A DNA stretch of 64,000 nucleotides from Octopus vulgaris. Its lineage: Eukaryota. Below, piece by piece: positions 26,714 through 40,456 of the stretch. Position numbers and translations under genes: made by a program. Positions within the stretch are counted from its first letter, which is position 1, and every line of letters begins with the position of its first letter. The stretch covers positions 70,742,001 to 70,806,000 of the forward strand of contig OX597828.1 in the NCBI GenBank assembly GCA_951406725.2, in the 5' to 3' direction. Under the pieces are notes generated by a model. It saw only the letters and a program-made list of their open reading frames with translations, was not told the DNA's origin and did no database searches.

Positions 26714-26968
26714 CAGTGGTTCTCCGCTGGGGTCCACGTATGAGACCCTTGTGGTCCTCAAAAGGCTTTGCTGTTAAAATTTAAGCGCTATATATTGATT
26801 ATATTCCGACAATGCACGGAATATTTTCTTATACGATTCCTGATAACATTCAATTATAAAGATACAGTAAGATTTTTCTTATATACAACGAATGGTTACG
26901 GAGGTCCAGTAAAGAAAAGCAAATAGGAATCAAAAAGAACCATTGGGAGAAATGGTTGAGAAACACTG
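26714..26968. mobile_element. hAT (Charlie/MER5-like) MITE with 8-bp TSD
   Basis: TIRs CAGTGGTTCTC...GAGAAACACTG; flanks cgttacag (26706-26713) and tgttacag (26969-26976). Confidence 0.85.
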
Positions 26969-27119
26969 TGTTACAGCATCGGATAGAAAGCTTCGCGATA
27001 TTTGTTCCGATTCTCGATTATCTGTGTTCAAATTGCGCCAGGATCAAATTTGTCTCTCATCCTTTCGGGATCGACAAAATAAAGTATCAATCCAGGGCAG
27101 CGGACAGATGGAACTACTA

Positions 27120-27357
27120 AAGAAGTCGTTCATGAAACTCTCGAGGGTCCACTTAAGATTTTGCAGTTAAAATTTATGTACAACAAATTGGTTATAATTC
27201 TATGATACCCAAAATAGTTTAGCAATTTTTTAATCAAATTCCAAACAATAATATTTAATCCTAAAAGTATAATAGGATTTTAAAACATCGAATGTCTAGG
27301 AGGGTCCACCCGAGTAATGTTGGAATCAAAGGGTCCATAAGCTTGAAGGGTCGGGAG
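27120..27357. mobile_element. Second, more decayed copy of the same hAT MITE
   Basis: gggtccac..ttttgcagttaaaattta...ggagggtcca...ggaatcaaa..ccata is colinear with 26750-26945. Confidence 0.65.
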
Positions 27358-27569
27358 TGATATTCTGATTTCTTTGCGTTCTGCCAGCGATGTCTGCGAT
27401 GATACTAATGTCAAATCTGTATCGACCGAAATCCGTGGTCTTTCTCTTCATTCAGCATCAATGGAGAACCGTCAGTCTTTCTCAAAAACGTCTTCATCAA
27501 ATATGCATGTTTAAGTGTCATGTTTGGTAAATATTGAGTCGTGGAGACAACAACATATCACTAACTAGA

Positions 27570-27732
27570 TTTCAAATTTTGGCACAAGGCCAGCAATTTT
27601 AGGGAAGAAGTAAGTTGATAACATCGACCCCAGTGATCAATTGGTGCTTATTTTATCGATCCCGAAAGGAGGAAAGGTAAAGCGGACGAAATACCGCTAA
27701 GTATTTTGTCCGGCATGATAACCATTCTGCCT
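27570..27732 (-). mobile_element. Meta-domain SINE fragment
   Basis: tttcaaattttggcacaaggccagc...atcgaccccagt...ttttatcgatcccgaaaggaggaaagg...gacgaaataccgctaag. Confidence 0.75.
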
Positions 27733-27773
27733 TACACACATCACTAATTTCACACCCGTTTCACTCCGTAACA

Positions 27774-27903
27774 CATCGTCACAGTCTTACTGCCTATAAG
27801 ACTAATATCACCATACCCACAGACGGTCTAACTTCATTGCTCATCATCACAGTCTTACTGCCTATAAGACTAGGGTCACCTTACCCACAGTCGGTCTAAC
27901 TCA
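27774..27903. repeat. Tandem duplication of about 68 bp
   Basis: cacagtcttactgcctataagacta...cacc.tacccacag.cggtctaact occurs twice in tandem. Confidence 0.85.
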
Positions 27904-28665
27904 ACAAGATTAATGTTCTTAAAGCATTAACCTCCAAAGACTACATCGCCTCTCACACTCTCTACATAATTCAACATAAGACTACCATTATCATCGTCTA
28001 AATCGACATAAGACCAATCTCTCCAGTCTAACCTTTTCTTCTCGCTGACTCTCTTCTGATTGGCTGAAACTTGGCCAATCACGATTTCAAAGAAGAAATA
28101 TTTATTTTACTACATCGGATGCAAACACATTGTTTCTTCTTTTTTTCCTTTCTTTTTTAATGGTCAGGTCAAACCGAGATGGTTGTCGTTCTGACCTTCG
28201 AAGACTCTCCAAGACTGCTGACATTAAAATGCTGATGGTATTTATCTGCAACAGAAATGGTATATTGAGAAAACTCCGGAGAAAACATGGCGTCTTTGTG
28301 TTTTATTTCATTTTATTGATTTGGTGGGGACGGGGAGAACTCCAGTCTATTTAGTTTCTGAGGAGGAAGCAATGAGAAAAAGGGATTTAGCTGGTGTAGG
28401 GCCCAGGAGGTGGGTGAGATACAAAAACTTGACATCAGAGCCTTTGGGAGTTTTTCAAAGAACAACAATAAATAAAATTTGATTAACGTGATGTGATTAA
28501 AATTTCTTTTCAAGTCTCTTTAGTTTTGTGGTTGGCAGCGAAATTTGCAAGGGAATGCTGTTTTATGCATTTGATATGTATATATATTCTCATCTCCGTT
28601 TATCTAGCTGGCTAGATATGTGTCTGTTTATCTTACTATCAATATATCTATCTACCTCTTTCTCT

Positions 28666-28717
<52 letters not shown>

Positions 28718-28744
28718 ATTTATGCATGTATATTTGTGTGTGTT

Positions 28745-28778
<34 letters not shown>

Positions 28779-28964
28779 CATGTATGGATATCTGTCTATT
28801 TGTCAGTATATCTTCTTGTCAATCTAGCAACCTGTTATTCTATCTATTTATCTGTTTATCTCTTAATCTATCTTTTTATAAGCGACGACGGTGAGTAGAG
28901 GGGTGAGGGGGAGAGAAATGGGCGACAAAAATATATAATTAGACAGATTGATAGATAGACACAC

Positions 28965-29112
<148 letters not shown>

Positions 29113-29338
29113 GTCCATTTATTTATATATATATATATATTTCTGTCCGACTGTTTTCCTGTCTATCGATGTATTTCTCTGTCTATCCATCTAGCTTATC
29201 TGTCTATCTATCTGTCTGTCTATCAAACTACCTCTCTATCTCTCTACATGTCTATCTCTCTTTCTATCTATCAATCTATCTTTCTAACTGTATATTTTTG
29301 CTCCCCCTCCTCTTTATGCTTCCCTTTAAACCTCCCCC

Positions 29339-29373
<35 letters not shown>

Positions 29374-29923
29374 CTCTATCTAACCGCTCGACTCACCGCC
29401 TCATTACCACACATTGTCGACCCTCGTCATAAAAATGAAAGCCGCATCAATTAGATCTTCATGGAAGTTCAACTTGACGCGTTGACAGAATGACTTGCAG
29501 TCGGCCTTTTATCTTTATTTATGTCCATCCTCCATTAACGACCAATACCCCTGGCATCTGTATCAATGACAACCAATGAAATGTTAATGTAAACAGCTCC
29601 GCTTTATCAACGATCTTATGTAACAAGTTGAAATTCTCAGCTCATTTGCCAACGGAACCTTCGAGGTTTTCCTGGCTTCTTTTCGTTCTCTTTGTTTCGT
29701 TCAGAGTTTATTTAGTACATTCTGTAATCTAGAATTTCCACAGGCCATATCTGGGCCTGTAACCTTTATGCTTTCTTCAACAAAAGCATATATACCCTAA
29801 CCCTAACCACACACACACATACACACACAGTGTGCACATGCGCACTCGAAAGCGAGCACACACAACTTTATACGGATATACATATATAAATGCATACTTA
29901 TATACATACATACATACATACAT

Positions 29924-29964
<41 letters not shown>

Positions 29965-29969
29965 TAGAC

Positions 29970-30009
<40 letters not shown>

Positions 30010-30030
30010 GGATAGATAGATAGATAAGAC

Positions 30031-30111
<81 letters not shown>

Positions 30112-30579
30112 TAAATGTCGGGTCACACAAACAAAATGAGAAAATCCTTTTCTTGTTTGTGAGGCGATTGTATTGCGATAAGGGTTATACAAAACTTTTG
30201 CTTTATTCTTTTATGAAACATTCTCCGCTTGCTGAAGCTCTATGGTGGACATTGTTATCGAGACAAAACAAAATTGTTGAACGACTCAGTTACACAGAAC
30301 AATTCCTGCGAAAGTATTTATTCAGATATGAAATTTCACGTTTTCTTTTCTAAGATTCTCTCACGGCTCGTAGAAAACTGATTACCGGTCTATAAATACC
30401 CCGGAATGCCACGAGTCGGGTGCCACAGATTCATATTGTTCTGGGTACGTTTTGTTCTTTTTGTTCCGCACTTTTCAGCTCTTTTTTTCCCATATTAATG
30501 GCTCTGTAAATATTTCCTTACTGAATAATAACAGTGACTTAGCAGAAAGTGAACGGATTCCAGACTAGTTCCCTTGCAC

Positions 30580-30650
30580 CAGGGGGCCCCGACCTGTTGT
30601 TGCGCCACGGACTGGTTTCAGGCGAGACAATTTTTCCACGGACCGGGGAA
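30580..30650 (+). mobile_element. hAT terminal fragment resembling MER1A/Charlie3-type ends
   Basis: cagggggccccgacc...gccacggactggtttc..g.gagacaatttttccacggac resembles, from memory, the MER1A left end; no right end found. Confidence 0.55.
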
Positions 30651-30720
30651 TTACGCGCATAGCAAGACAATACACTGCATAACATGTAATAAAATTCTTA
30701 TATACTTATGTATATATTTG

Positions 30721-30822
<102 letters not shown>

Positions 30823-30919
30823 ATCCAAACATGAAAACACAAAGAGAAAACACAACAACGCGAGGACATGGAACAAATATAGTATTATTGGACGCTCAGG
30901 AAGGAAGGGAAGAAGGAGG

Positions 30920-30954
30920 GTTTAACGTTTCGCGTGGAGCTCTTCGTCAGAAAC
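30920..30954 (-). ncRNA. Minimal hammerhead motif, stem II degenerate (family C-related)
   Basis: Minus: gttt-CTGACGA-A-gagctccacgc-GAAAC-GTT-aaac; canonical core, 4-bp stem I; flank gtattattggacgctcagga resembles the flank of the 20686 copy. Confidence 0.6.
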
Positions 30955-31384
30955 ATAGGAAAAGGAAAGATCCAGAGAAGGGAAGACGGAGGGGAAAAAA
31001 TCGCCAACGGTACACACGCGGTAGGTGTAAGTGGTGGCGACACAAGTAGAAAAGTGGAAGTAGAAGAAGAAAGGTAAAAAGAGGTTGAGGAAAAAGTGAA
31101 AGAGTCACGGACAAATTTTTTTTGATTTCCAATCACGAATACAGGGGCGTACTCCGGATGAATGGTAACAGTAATCCGTAGGTGTAAAAATCCGGGAATT
31201 GGTTATCCAAGGCAGTATGTATGTATGTATATATATATATATATACTAATTACGACTAGGGTGTTAGAACATCGCATTACTAGAATTAAGTGCTAAAAGT
31301 CCTAATGTTGTACTTTAAGCACACAATTGTATATATATGTACTGCCAGGGACTGTAACTGCCCGAAAACACCGGTCAAGAAATT

Positions 31385-31435
31385 CCTTATACTGATCGGT
31401 CAGTTTCGGCTAATTCCGTAGCTTCATCGGTTGGG
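31385..31435 (-). ncRNA. Degenerate hammerhead motif with closed stem III (family D)
   Basis: Minus: CCGATGA-A-gcta(cggaat)tagc-c-GAAAC-tga(ccga)tca-GTA; U4>C core change and weak stem I. Confidence 0.4.
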
Positions 31436-31616
31436 ACCGTTGAATTCGGCTGATTCCGGACTTAATTCTCTGTCAGTACATATGTATTCAGCATGAAAAT
31501 CTTATTTCTAGCAATGTAGGTTTTTCTAACACCTTAGTCATGTTTAGTGACAATTATAGTTTTCCCATTTGGTAGCACATTGCACACGGCTGTCTATATT
31601 AATTATATATATACAC

Positions 31617-31711
<95 letters not shown>

Positions 31712-31964
31712 TTTATGTGCTATTGGATGAAGGCAGAGCATTTCTTAAGCAGAGTCAGAAATCCGGGATCTGGAATTATCCAGTAATTGTTTTTGCTAGT
31801 TTATTTTGTCTCTTGTTTTCTCTCCTGGTTCTGTGTGAACATTTAATGTGGTTTTAGAGTCAAGTTTTGGGTGCTATTTCCAGCGAAGTTGTATCTCTTA
31901 GATACCCTAAATTATAATTATATATATGAAACATATACGTTACACATGTACTACATAGCGTGGC

Positions 31965-32055
31965 AGCTTGGGCAAGTGTCTTCTACTATAACCTCGAGGC
32001 AACCAAAGCCTTCTGAGTGGATTTGATAGACGGAAACTGAAAGAAGACCGTCTTG
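31965..32055 (+). mobile_element. CORE-type SINE fragment
   Basis: cttgggcaagtgtcttctactata...gagtggatttgatagacggaaactgaaagaag, followed by (TG)n. Confidence 0.75.
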
Positions 32056-32087
32056 TGTGTGTCTGTCTGTCTGTGAGAGAGTCTGAA

Positions 32088-32148
<61 letters not shown>

Positions 32149-33021
32149 GTGTAATGCAAAGGCAACTGGTACAACTGCGGGAATCGATAAAATAACATTC
32201 TTTCTATTCTTTTGGTACCAGATCAGTTTCGGCCCGATTTCATCCCACCTCAGTAAGTTCTTATGCAGCGGAAGGATATCCAGCTGTTATGGCCTGCATA
32301 CGGTCCCGATCCCCTTAAATATTAAGAAGTCAGGGGCCAAAACTCATAAGTGTTGTGGGGGCCGGTTTCTTCTCTGAAGGCCTTCTGCTTTTCAGTTCTA
32401 TAAAGGGTTTCATGCTACTCTACTGAGAAGTGAATTAATTAACCATGTGTCTATATTATGGAACCACCGAGTGCCATTTTAACAGTTTACTCTGCTACAG
32501 GTGTTTGGTGATGAACCAAGATAAAACTCTTTATGCTACATTGCCTAAGTTCACCTTGGAGTCGGCAGTAGTTCGGCATTCTATTCAGGTGGTCATTTGC
32601 ATAATTATTTTTTAATGAGCTAAAACATATAACTCAGAGTTGACAACGACATGTGTTTGAAAGACATTGTCAAATACAGGGATATTAAATATCATACAAT
32701 ATAAATTATTGATTTATTAAAATTGTCTCCTCCTCCTCCTCTTTAATTACCGAAAGGCAATTAAGACCGGATCCACTTGAGAAAGGGAGATAATCTGAAG
32801 AAACAAGAGTTCTTCAAAGTTGACGTTTAAAGGATAAGGCTACTTGACTGACGATAACGGTGGAAGCGGCGGTGGTGGCGATGGCGGCGGTGGTGGTGGT
32901 GGTCGTCGTCGTCGTGATAATCATGATGATGACAATGATGATGATGATTACAGTGATGAACATGACGTTGGCACACATACTCACGTATATATTAGACACG
33001 CACACACATACATATATATGT

Positions 33022-33062
<41 letters not shown>

Positions 33063-33068
33063 CATATG

Positions 33069-33106
<38 letters not shown>

Positions 33107-33172
33107 CATATGTATATATACACATACACACACTCACTATATGTATACATATATCATTATATAAATATAGAA

Positions 33173-33218
<46 letters not shown>

Positions 33219-33591
33219 AAAATATGCATATATACATACACACGCACGTATACACTCAATCACCATATCTGTTAATATTCTTATATTTATGTATGCGCTC
33301 GCGTACTTGTATAAATGTGTGTGTGTGTGTAATAGAATATGTATATTGTAGATGCGTACGTTCACATATGCATGTGTATATATGTATGTATATGGTGCAA
33401 ATATACATACGTATTCATCTGCGGTTTACGTAAGTCCCTAATCCAAAAAGGGGTGTTGTGTTTTCTCAAGAAATGGGTGTCTTTGGAAAAGTCCCGAATC
33501 AACAGACATGCAAGGAATGGCCGCACTAAATGCCTCCTGCGAAGGAATGGCGTCTGGATTAAAGATTAAGAGTTGAATAGTTAGGTAGAGA

Positions 33592-33596
33592 TAGAC

Positions 33597-33673
<77 letters not shown>

Positions 33674-33687
33674 GGTAGGTAGGTAGG

Positions 33688-33768
<81 letters not shown>
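33592..33768. repeat. (GATA)n/(GGTA)n microsatellite
   Basis: Direct inspection. Confidence 0.95.
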
Positions 33769-33769
<1 letters not shown>

Positions 33770-34104
33770 TTCTTAAGTCAATAACAAACCATTCTTTACT
33801 TCCTGAGACTCGTAAGTTCATTTTGAGGTTTGTTTTTCTACAAATGACGATCATATCGTTGTTATTGCCGCAATGAAAATATCCTTTCACCTTCCACGCC
33901 GAACATATTTTCTTATCTAAATTTTCAAGAGGAAATCAGATACAAATTAAAGATGGCGAATTTCCGCTGCATTAATACCTCCTTTCTTTACGTCTCTTTC
34001 TTTCGCTCTGACACTTCCCGCCTTCTCACTTCGGCTGCCCACAATATTGTTTCTATTACTTATTGTTTTTGTTGGCGTTGATATTTCTCCTTTCTCATTT
34101 TACC

Positions 34105-34105
<1 letters not shown>

Positions 34106-34135
<30 letters not shown>

Positions 34136-34408
34136 CTTCTTCTTCTTCTTCTTCTTCTTCTTCTTCTTCTTCTTCTTCTTCTTCTTCTTCTTCTTCTTCT
34201 TCTTCTTCTTCTTCTTCTTCTTCTTCTTCTTCTTCTCCTTCCTTTTCTTCTTCTTCTTCTTCTTCTTCTTCTCCTTCTTCTTCCTCCTCTTCTATTTCTT
34301 CTTCTTCTTCTCCTTCTTCTTCTTCTTCTTCTTCTTCTTCTATTTCTTCTTCTTCTTCTTCTTCTTCTTCTTCTTCTTCTTCTACTACTACTACTACTAC
34401 TACTACTG

Positions 34409-34470
<62 letters not shown>

Positions 34471-34472
34471 AC
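34106..34472. repeat. (CTT)n-(CTA)n-(CTG)n compound triplet repeat
   Basis: Direct inspection; source of the poly-F/S/R ORFs. Confidence 0.95.
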
Positions 34473-34509
34473 TTCTCTTCCTCACCCTCCATCTCCTTCT
34501 CCTCCTCCT

Positions 34510-35078
34510 TCGCTGAATTGTTAGAGCGCCGGACAAAATGTTTAGTGGTATTCCTTTCGACTTTTACATGTTCAGCTCACATTCCGCCGACATCAACTTC
34601 ATTTCCAATTCTTTCGGGGGTCGATGGAATAAAGTACCGGTTAAGTACTGAGGTCGCGGTCATCGACCGCCGACCTCCGCAAATTGCTGGTATTGAGCCA
34701 AAATTTGAGGCCAAAGGCGGTCAGCTGGCACAGTCGTTACTGTGCTGGACAAAATGGCAACACGTTTCTTAGCATTTCGTCTGTCAGTATTCTTTTAATT
34801 GAGTTCAAATTCTGCCCCGGTCGACTTTGCCACTCATGCTTTCGGGATCGATTGATATAAGTACCAGTCATGTAATGGGGTTGATTTGTTCTATTTTTTC
34901 CATTCCCTCACAACTGCTGGCTTTGAGCCAAAATTTGAAACTTGAGCGTCATTTCGAGGTCGACTTTGCCTTTCATCCTTTCACGGTCGATAAAAAAGTA
35001 CCAGTGAAATACTGGGGTCGATGTAATCGACTTTCACCCTCCTTTACAACTGTTGGCCTTGTGCCAAAATTTGAAACC
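34510..35078 (+). mobile_element. Three tandem decayed Meta-domain SINE copies
   Basis: tttcggggtcgat..aagtacc cores at about 34612, 34840 and 34980, each ending ..gccaaaatttga. Confidence 0.75.
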
Positions 35079-35108
35079 ATTATTATTGTTATTATTATTA
35101 TTATCATC

Positions 35109-35390
<282 letters not shown>

Positions 35391-35443
35391 CATCGTTATT
35401 ATTATTATTATTATTATTATCATTATTATTATCATTATTATTA

Positions 35444-35476
<33 letters not shown>

Positions 35477-35501
35477 GTTATTATTATTATTATTATTATC
35501 A

Positions 35502-35578
<77 letters not shown>

Positions 35579-36219
35579 TCATGTTTTTCAACAGTTCCAT
35601 ATGTGCATCTACTGCACCGCAAGATGCACTTCCTGAAATATGTGCAGCGTCGTCCCATGGGTGTGTATCGTACGATTTTTTTTTTGTATGACTCAACTGT
35701 TCAGTTATATATGTTTATTGTATTTCATTCTAATTTGGTTTCATGAGGCAAATAGTGAACATTAGCGTCGTTTGAGAATCGCCTGTCGTCGGGTGTTTCT
35801 TTTTGTAATTTCTATCATTTCTTTAGCTGTTTCGCCGACTCGTTGCGTAGAGTATATTCTGTCTTAGTTGTACCATTCTACTGGATGCTGACAGAGTTTC
35901 GTATGTATTTCATGCGTGTTGGATATGTTGTTTTAATTGTAACTGTGGAGTTGATTGGTGAATGTTCAAACTATGAATTGCGTTACTCCTTATAGTATCG
36001 AGTGATATTTGGGCAGAATTTGTGTTGTATGTATTTTTATTATGTTGTAAAATTCTGGGTATGACTTTAAACCTGCCTTTCATAGTGGGGTTCTGACTCG
36101 AAAGTTCTAGGGTTTCGAGAAGTGTGGAACCACCCCTTAGCTACTATTGTTTCCAGGTCTAATCTTGCCTGGTGTAGTAACACCTGTCAGAGTCCCAGCT
36201 GTAGGTTAATTAACATATT

Positions 36220-36525
36220 AAGGCTTGCGTAACGATGCATTTGAAAACTGGATCAGGTGAACTCCGTGGAAGAAGCCCCCATGGTTCAACAGAAAGGAAG
36301 ATGGCAGCAGCAATGCATTGTGGGGTGCAGGGAGCACGATGAGGCAAGCAAGACATTTTGGTCATCCACTGCACCCGTCTCTGTCCCTAGTCGTCTTGAC
36401 TTTGTCTTGCCACTGGACTGAAGATATGACACGGACGGGACGGATGCTCTGTAACTCTTCTTCACTTTTAAACAAAGTCACCGCGCCAAGTCATCAGTCA
36501 TCCTTCGGGATGACTAGATGAACCT
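36220..36525 (+). mobile_element. Interspersed repeat resembling an RTE-type LINE 5' UTR
   Basis: GC-richer block with gtcttgccactggact...gatgc...cactt..aagtca..gcgc.aagtcatc resembling RTE 5' regions from memory; not verified. Confidence 0.3.
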
Positions 36526-36691
36526 CGTCGTTCCGACTGACGGGTATATGTGTATAGTATCGGGTGGTAGTTGTAGCTTTTAAATCGAACACAGTTATAA
36601 GATAAACATATAAGTAAGGAAATTTATAAGTCTGAATTTAAATGCAGAGCAATCCTCAGCTGCATAAAGACATAGAATTAAACTAAATTTT

Positions 36692-36781
36692 TATGCAGCT
36701 GAGGATTGCTCTGCATTTAAATTGATGTAATGATTTCATTGTTCAATTAAATGGAGTTGCTTGAAACGATCGTACTGCATA
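36692..36781 (+). ncRNA. Type I hammerhead ribozyme with long stem II (family A)
   Basis: tatgcag-CTGAGGA-[long imperfect stem II, catttaaattga/tcaattaaatg]-GAAAC-gatc-GTA-ctgcata: 7-bp stem I, canonical core, palindromic ACGATCGT stem III. Its 5' part is also present inverted at 36636-36668. Confidence 0.7.
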
Positions 36782-36820
36782 TCCTTGGATATCTGGATAT
36801 CCTTGTTGCATATTTTGATT

Positions 36821-36865
<45 letters not shown>

Positions 36866-37164
36866 CTTATTTTGATTTTAATCACCTTGCTTTGAAATTG
36901 TATGGATAATACCATACTAAATTCTGGTGCCTCAACTTAAGTACAATATTCATCTGAATCTAAATTTTTGTATATATATATATATATATATATGCAACTT
37001 TTAAACAAGGGCAAAAGAAGAGAATTTCTAATGCCAAATATGCCGAAAACAGACACATCGTCGATAACCATATAATTCATCACTATATAAATCTAACCTT
37101 TAAAGGTTTTTTTTAATATGCTGGCCATTGATAGAATTTTTTTCAAAAAATTTTATCCTATATT

Positions 37165-37213
<49 letters not shown>

Positions 37214-37224
37214 TCTCCTCTCTT

Positions 37225-37255
<31 letters not shown>

Positions 37256-37633
37256 TTCTCCCTGTCTCTGTCTCTATGTCTTTCTGTTTCTCTGTCTGTA
37301 TCTGTGTTCTCTGTCTTTGTCTTTCTCTCTCTCTCTCTCCCTCTATGTACCTATCTATCTGTCTATCTCTTTCGTCTTGCCCCCCACCACAACTCACATT
37401 TCGTCTGTTGCAAAATTTTTCCAGTCTCATCGCCCCTACAACCATTATTGCCAGTAGCCAACATCTAATGCGTCCCGTACCAACTTCTCCCAACAGAGCC
37501 ATCGTCCCTCCAATAGGGTACTCAGTACCCAAGCACACTCCCCCTTTTTAGTGCTTTAACGTCAATAGATTCGGCTATCTTAGGGTTCAGTCTTCATCAT
37601 AAAACAATTTTCTCTGAATAAATTCTATTTTCA

Positions 37634-37708
37634 AAGAAAGAAAAGAAAGAAAGAAAGAAATAGAAAGAAAGAAAGAAAGAAAAAGAAAGAAAGAAAGAAA
37701 GAAAGAAA

Positions 37709-37796
<88 letters not shown>

Positions 37797-37816
37797 AGGA
37801 AAAGAAAAGAAAAGAA
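37634..37816. repeat. (GAAA)n microsatellite
   Basis: Direct inspection. Confidence 0.95.
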
Positions 37817-38230
37817 ACGGCTGGAACCCACGCATTGTCTTTGAAGTTTTCTGTGAGATGGTGTCAAGGTTCTTGTTTTACAAAGTCTTAGAATTTTCTC
37901 TTGGAATGAGAAGTGACAGGATCTAAGAGACAATCTTTGGTGTGATTCTTGGAGTATAATTATCCGCCGAGAAAGTCGAATGGCGGCGTATTTCTCGATT
38001 AAAATATAACTTTTATTGTAAACATGTGAATCAATGCGGAGACTTTGAAATGGTTTTTAGAGACAACAGCCACATTGTCTAAAACGGCTACCCTCTCTCA
38101 CACAATCTCTCCCTCTCTCTCTCTCTTTCTATTCTCTTACTCGCTCTCTCTCTCCCAATCTCTCCCTCTCTCCCTCTATATCCCAATCTCTTCCTCTCTC
38201 TCTCTCTCTCTTTCTATTCTCTTACTTGCG

Positions 38231-38274
<44 letters not shown>

Positions 38275-39487
38275 TTATATTTATCTCTATCTCTCTCCTT
38301 TTCTCTTTCTTTCTCTCTTCTTCTCTCTCCCAATCTCTCTCTTTCTATTCTCTTACTCGCGCTCTCTCTCCCAATCGCTCTCTCTCTCTCTTTCTATTCT
38401 CTTACTCGCACTCTATCTCTCTCTATCTATTTATCTATTCATATCTATCTCTATCTCTCTCTCCTTTTCTCTTTCTTTCTCTCTCTCTCTCTCTCTACTC
38501 ACTCTCTCTTTCCCTCTCCCTCTCGCTCACACGCACACACACAAACACACATATACTCGCACAAACACACACGCCCCCGCGCCTACACTTACACCCTTTC
38601 TCATACACACACAGAATTACAAATGCACAGACACAATTACACATTCACATACGCATAAACACACTCATACACATACAGACCCACGTACAACTATACACAC
38701 GCACATACATACATGCACACAAACACCACACGCATACACGCACGCACACACATACGCACACATACTCATACTTTCTCTTTCTCTCTCTTTCTCTTTCTCT
38801 CTCTCTCGCTTTCTCTCTCACTCCTTTTCTCTCTCTCTCTCTCACACACACACACAACACCCACTTTTAGTGTCCAACAACCAGTTTATATTGTTGCTGT
38901 TGCTGTTGTTGTTGCTGTTGCTGTTGTTGTTGCTGTTGCTGTTGCTGTTTAACCCCAGGTCATCCCTTATCCAGCAAACATATGATTAAATGTCTTCTAA
39001 CCGTGACCATTCTGTCTTATTCTCACCCAACGACCATTTCCCTTTATTTTACAAGAAATTGGATTATGCGTCAACGAAAGTTTGGCTCTTATTTCTAGCA
39101 GGTTAAGTAACCAGGTACAAGCTTTCTCTTTTCTTGGACCGTCGTAATTGAGATACTTCTAACGAGAAAGACAGCAAAATCAATTAGTGAAATTAATTAG
39201 TGAAACTAATTAATAGTATAAATGTCTCCATCAAGTCTCAGACATCCGTAGCTGATGGTGTTTAGCTAGATGAGAGATGAAGGTTCCCCTGGATAGGACT
39301 AAGCAAAACAAGCATTCCGTCGGTGACAATGACGAGGGTTCCAAACTTGATCCGGTCAATGGAACAGCCTGCTCTTGAAATTATGTTATGCTCCCCTAAC
39401 ACTAATTATGTGGCGACGGTGGTGGTAGCGTGACGTGATTGCTGAAATGAGGAGACGGAACAGGATCCGTGGCAAGGATAACTAGTA

Positions 39488-39518
<31 letters not shown>

Positions 39519-39771
39519 GATGATGATGATGATGATTAGGCTGATAGTGATAATGATGATGAGGGTGATGACAACGACGATGTAGACAGCAACAAAGATG
39601 ATGATGATGGTGAAGATGATGATGATAACGACGACGTTGACGATGATGATGATGATGATGATGATGATGAAGATGAGGAGGAGGAGGAGGAGGAGGATGA
39701 CGATGACGATGATGGTGAAGATGATGATAACGACGACATTGACGATGATGATGATGATAATGATGATGATA

Positions 39772-39803
<32 letters not shown>

Positions 39804-39920
39804 GATGAGGAGGAGGATGACGATGACGATGATGATGATGACGAGATGGAGGAGGAGGAGGAGGAGGAGGACGATGATGATGATATAGAGGAGGAGAAGG
39901 AGGAGGAGGAGGAGGAGGTG
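39488..39920. repeat. (GAT)n/(GAG)n low-complexity array with internal higher-order duplication
   Basis: gatggtgaagatgatgat..aacgacgac.ttgacgatgat...gaagatgaggagg recurs at about 39605 and 39710. Confidence 0.9.
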
Positions 39921-40224
39921 GATAATGACGTTGAAGATAACAATGACGGTGAGGACGAACAGGAGGAGGATATGACGTTGGTGATCAGAGTGGTGATTTT
40001 ATGATGATGAAAATGATGACGATGATAATGATGACGACGACGATGTTTTTCTTCCAAAAAGGCCTGGTGTAACGATATCCTGAGAAGCAGATGAAAAGAT
40101 TCCTTCATAATACCCACCACACACACACACACACAAACAGTTTTAATGTCGTAATGAAGCTACACAATGGAACAAATGCCTACACCGGAATCGAACCCAA
40201 TACCTATTTATCTGGCAATATAAC

Positions 40225-40456
40225 CTATTTCTTTATTGCCCACCAGGGGCTAAACACAGAGGGGACAAACAAGGACAAACATAGGTATTAAGTCGATTAC
40301 ATCGACACCAGTGCGTAACTGGTACTTAATTTATCGACCCCGAAAGGATGAAAGACAAAGTCCACCTCGGCGGAATTTGAACTCAGAACGTAGCGGCAGA
40401 CGAAATACGGCTACGCATTTCGCCTGGCGTGCTAACGATTCTGCCAGCTCGCCGCC
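40225..40456 (-). mobile_element. Meta-domain tRNA-SINE, single unit
   Basis: Reverse complement of the first unit of 8944-9174 at high identity; a second head fragment follows at 40462-40484. Confidence 0.88.

Noticed and set aside
29795-29809. (CCCTAA)2 telomere-like repeats, also at about 49547 and 63678
   Set aside because: Only two units; expected by chance and not an interstitial telomeric array.
38045-38989. Longest ORF (314 aa)
   Set aside because: Composed of (CT)n, (CA)n and (GTT/GCT)n low-complexity sequence.
39180-39215. Triple AATTA homeodomain-site cluster
   Set aside because: Looks like a 12-bp local tandem duplication in AT-rich DNA; no independent support.
39488-39960. Possible acidic (poly-D/E) or poly-S exon
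   Set aside because: Pure triplet-repeat expansion without unique coding flanks or evident splice sites.
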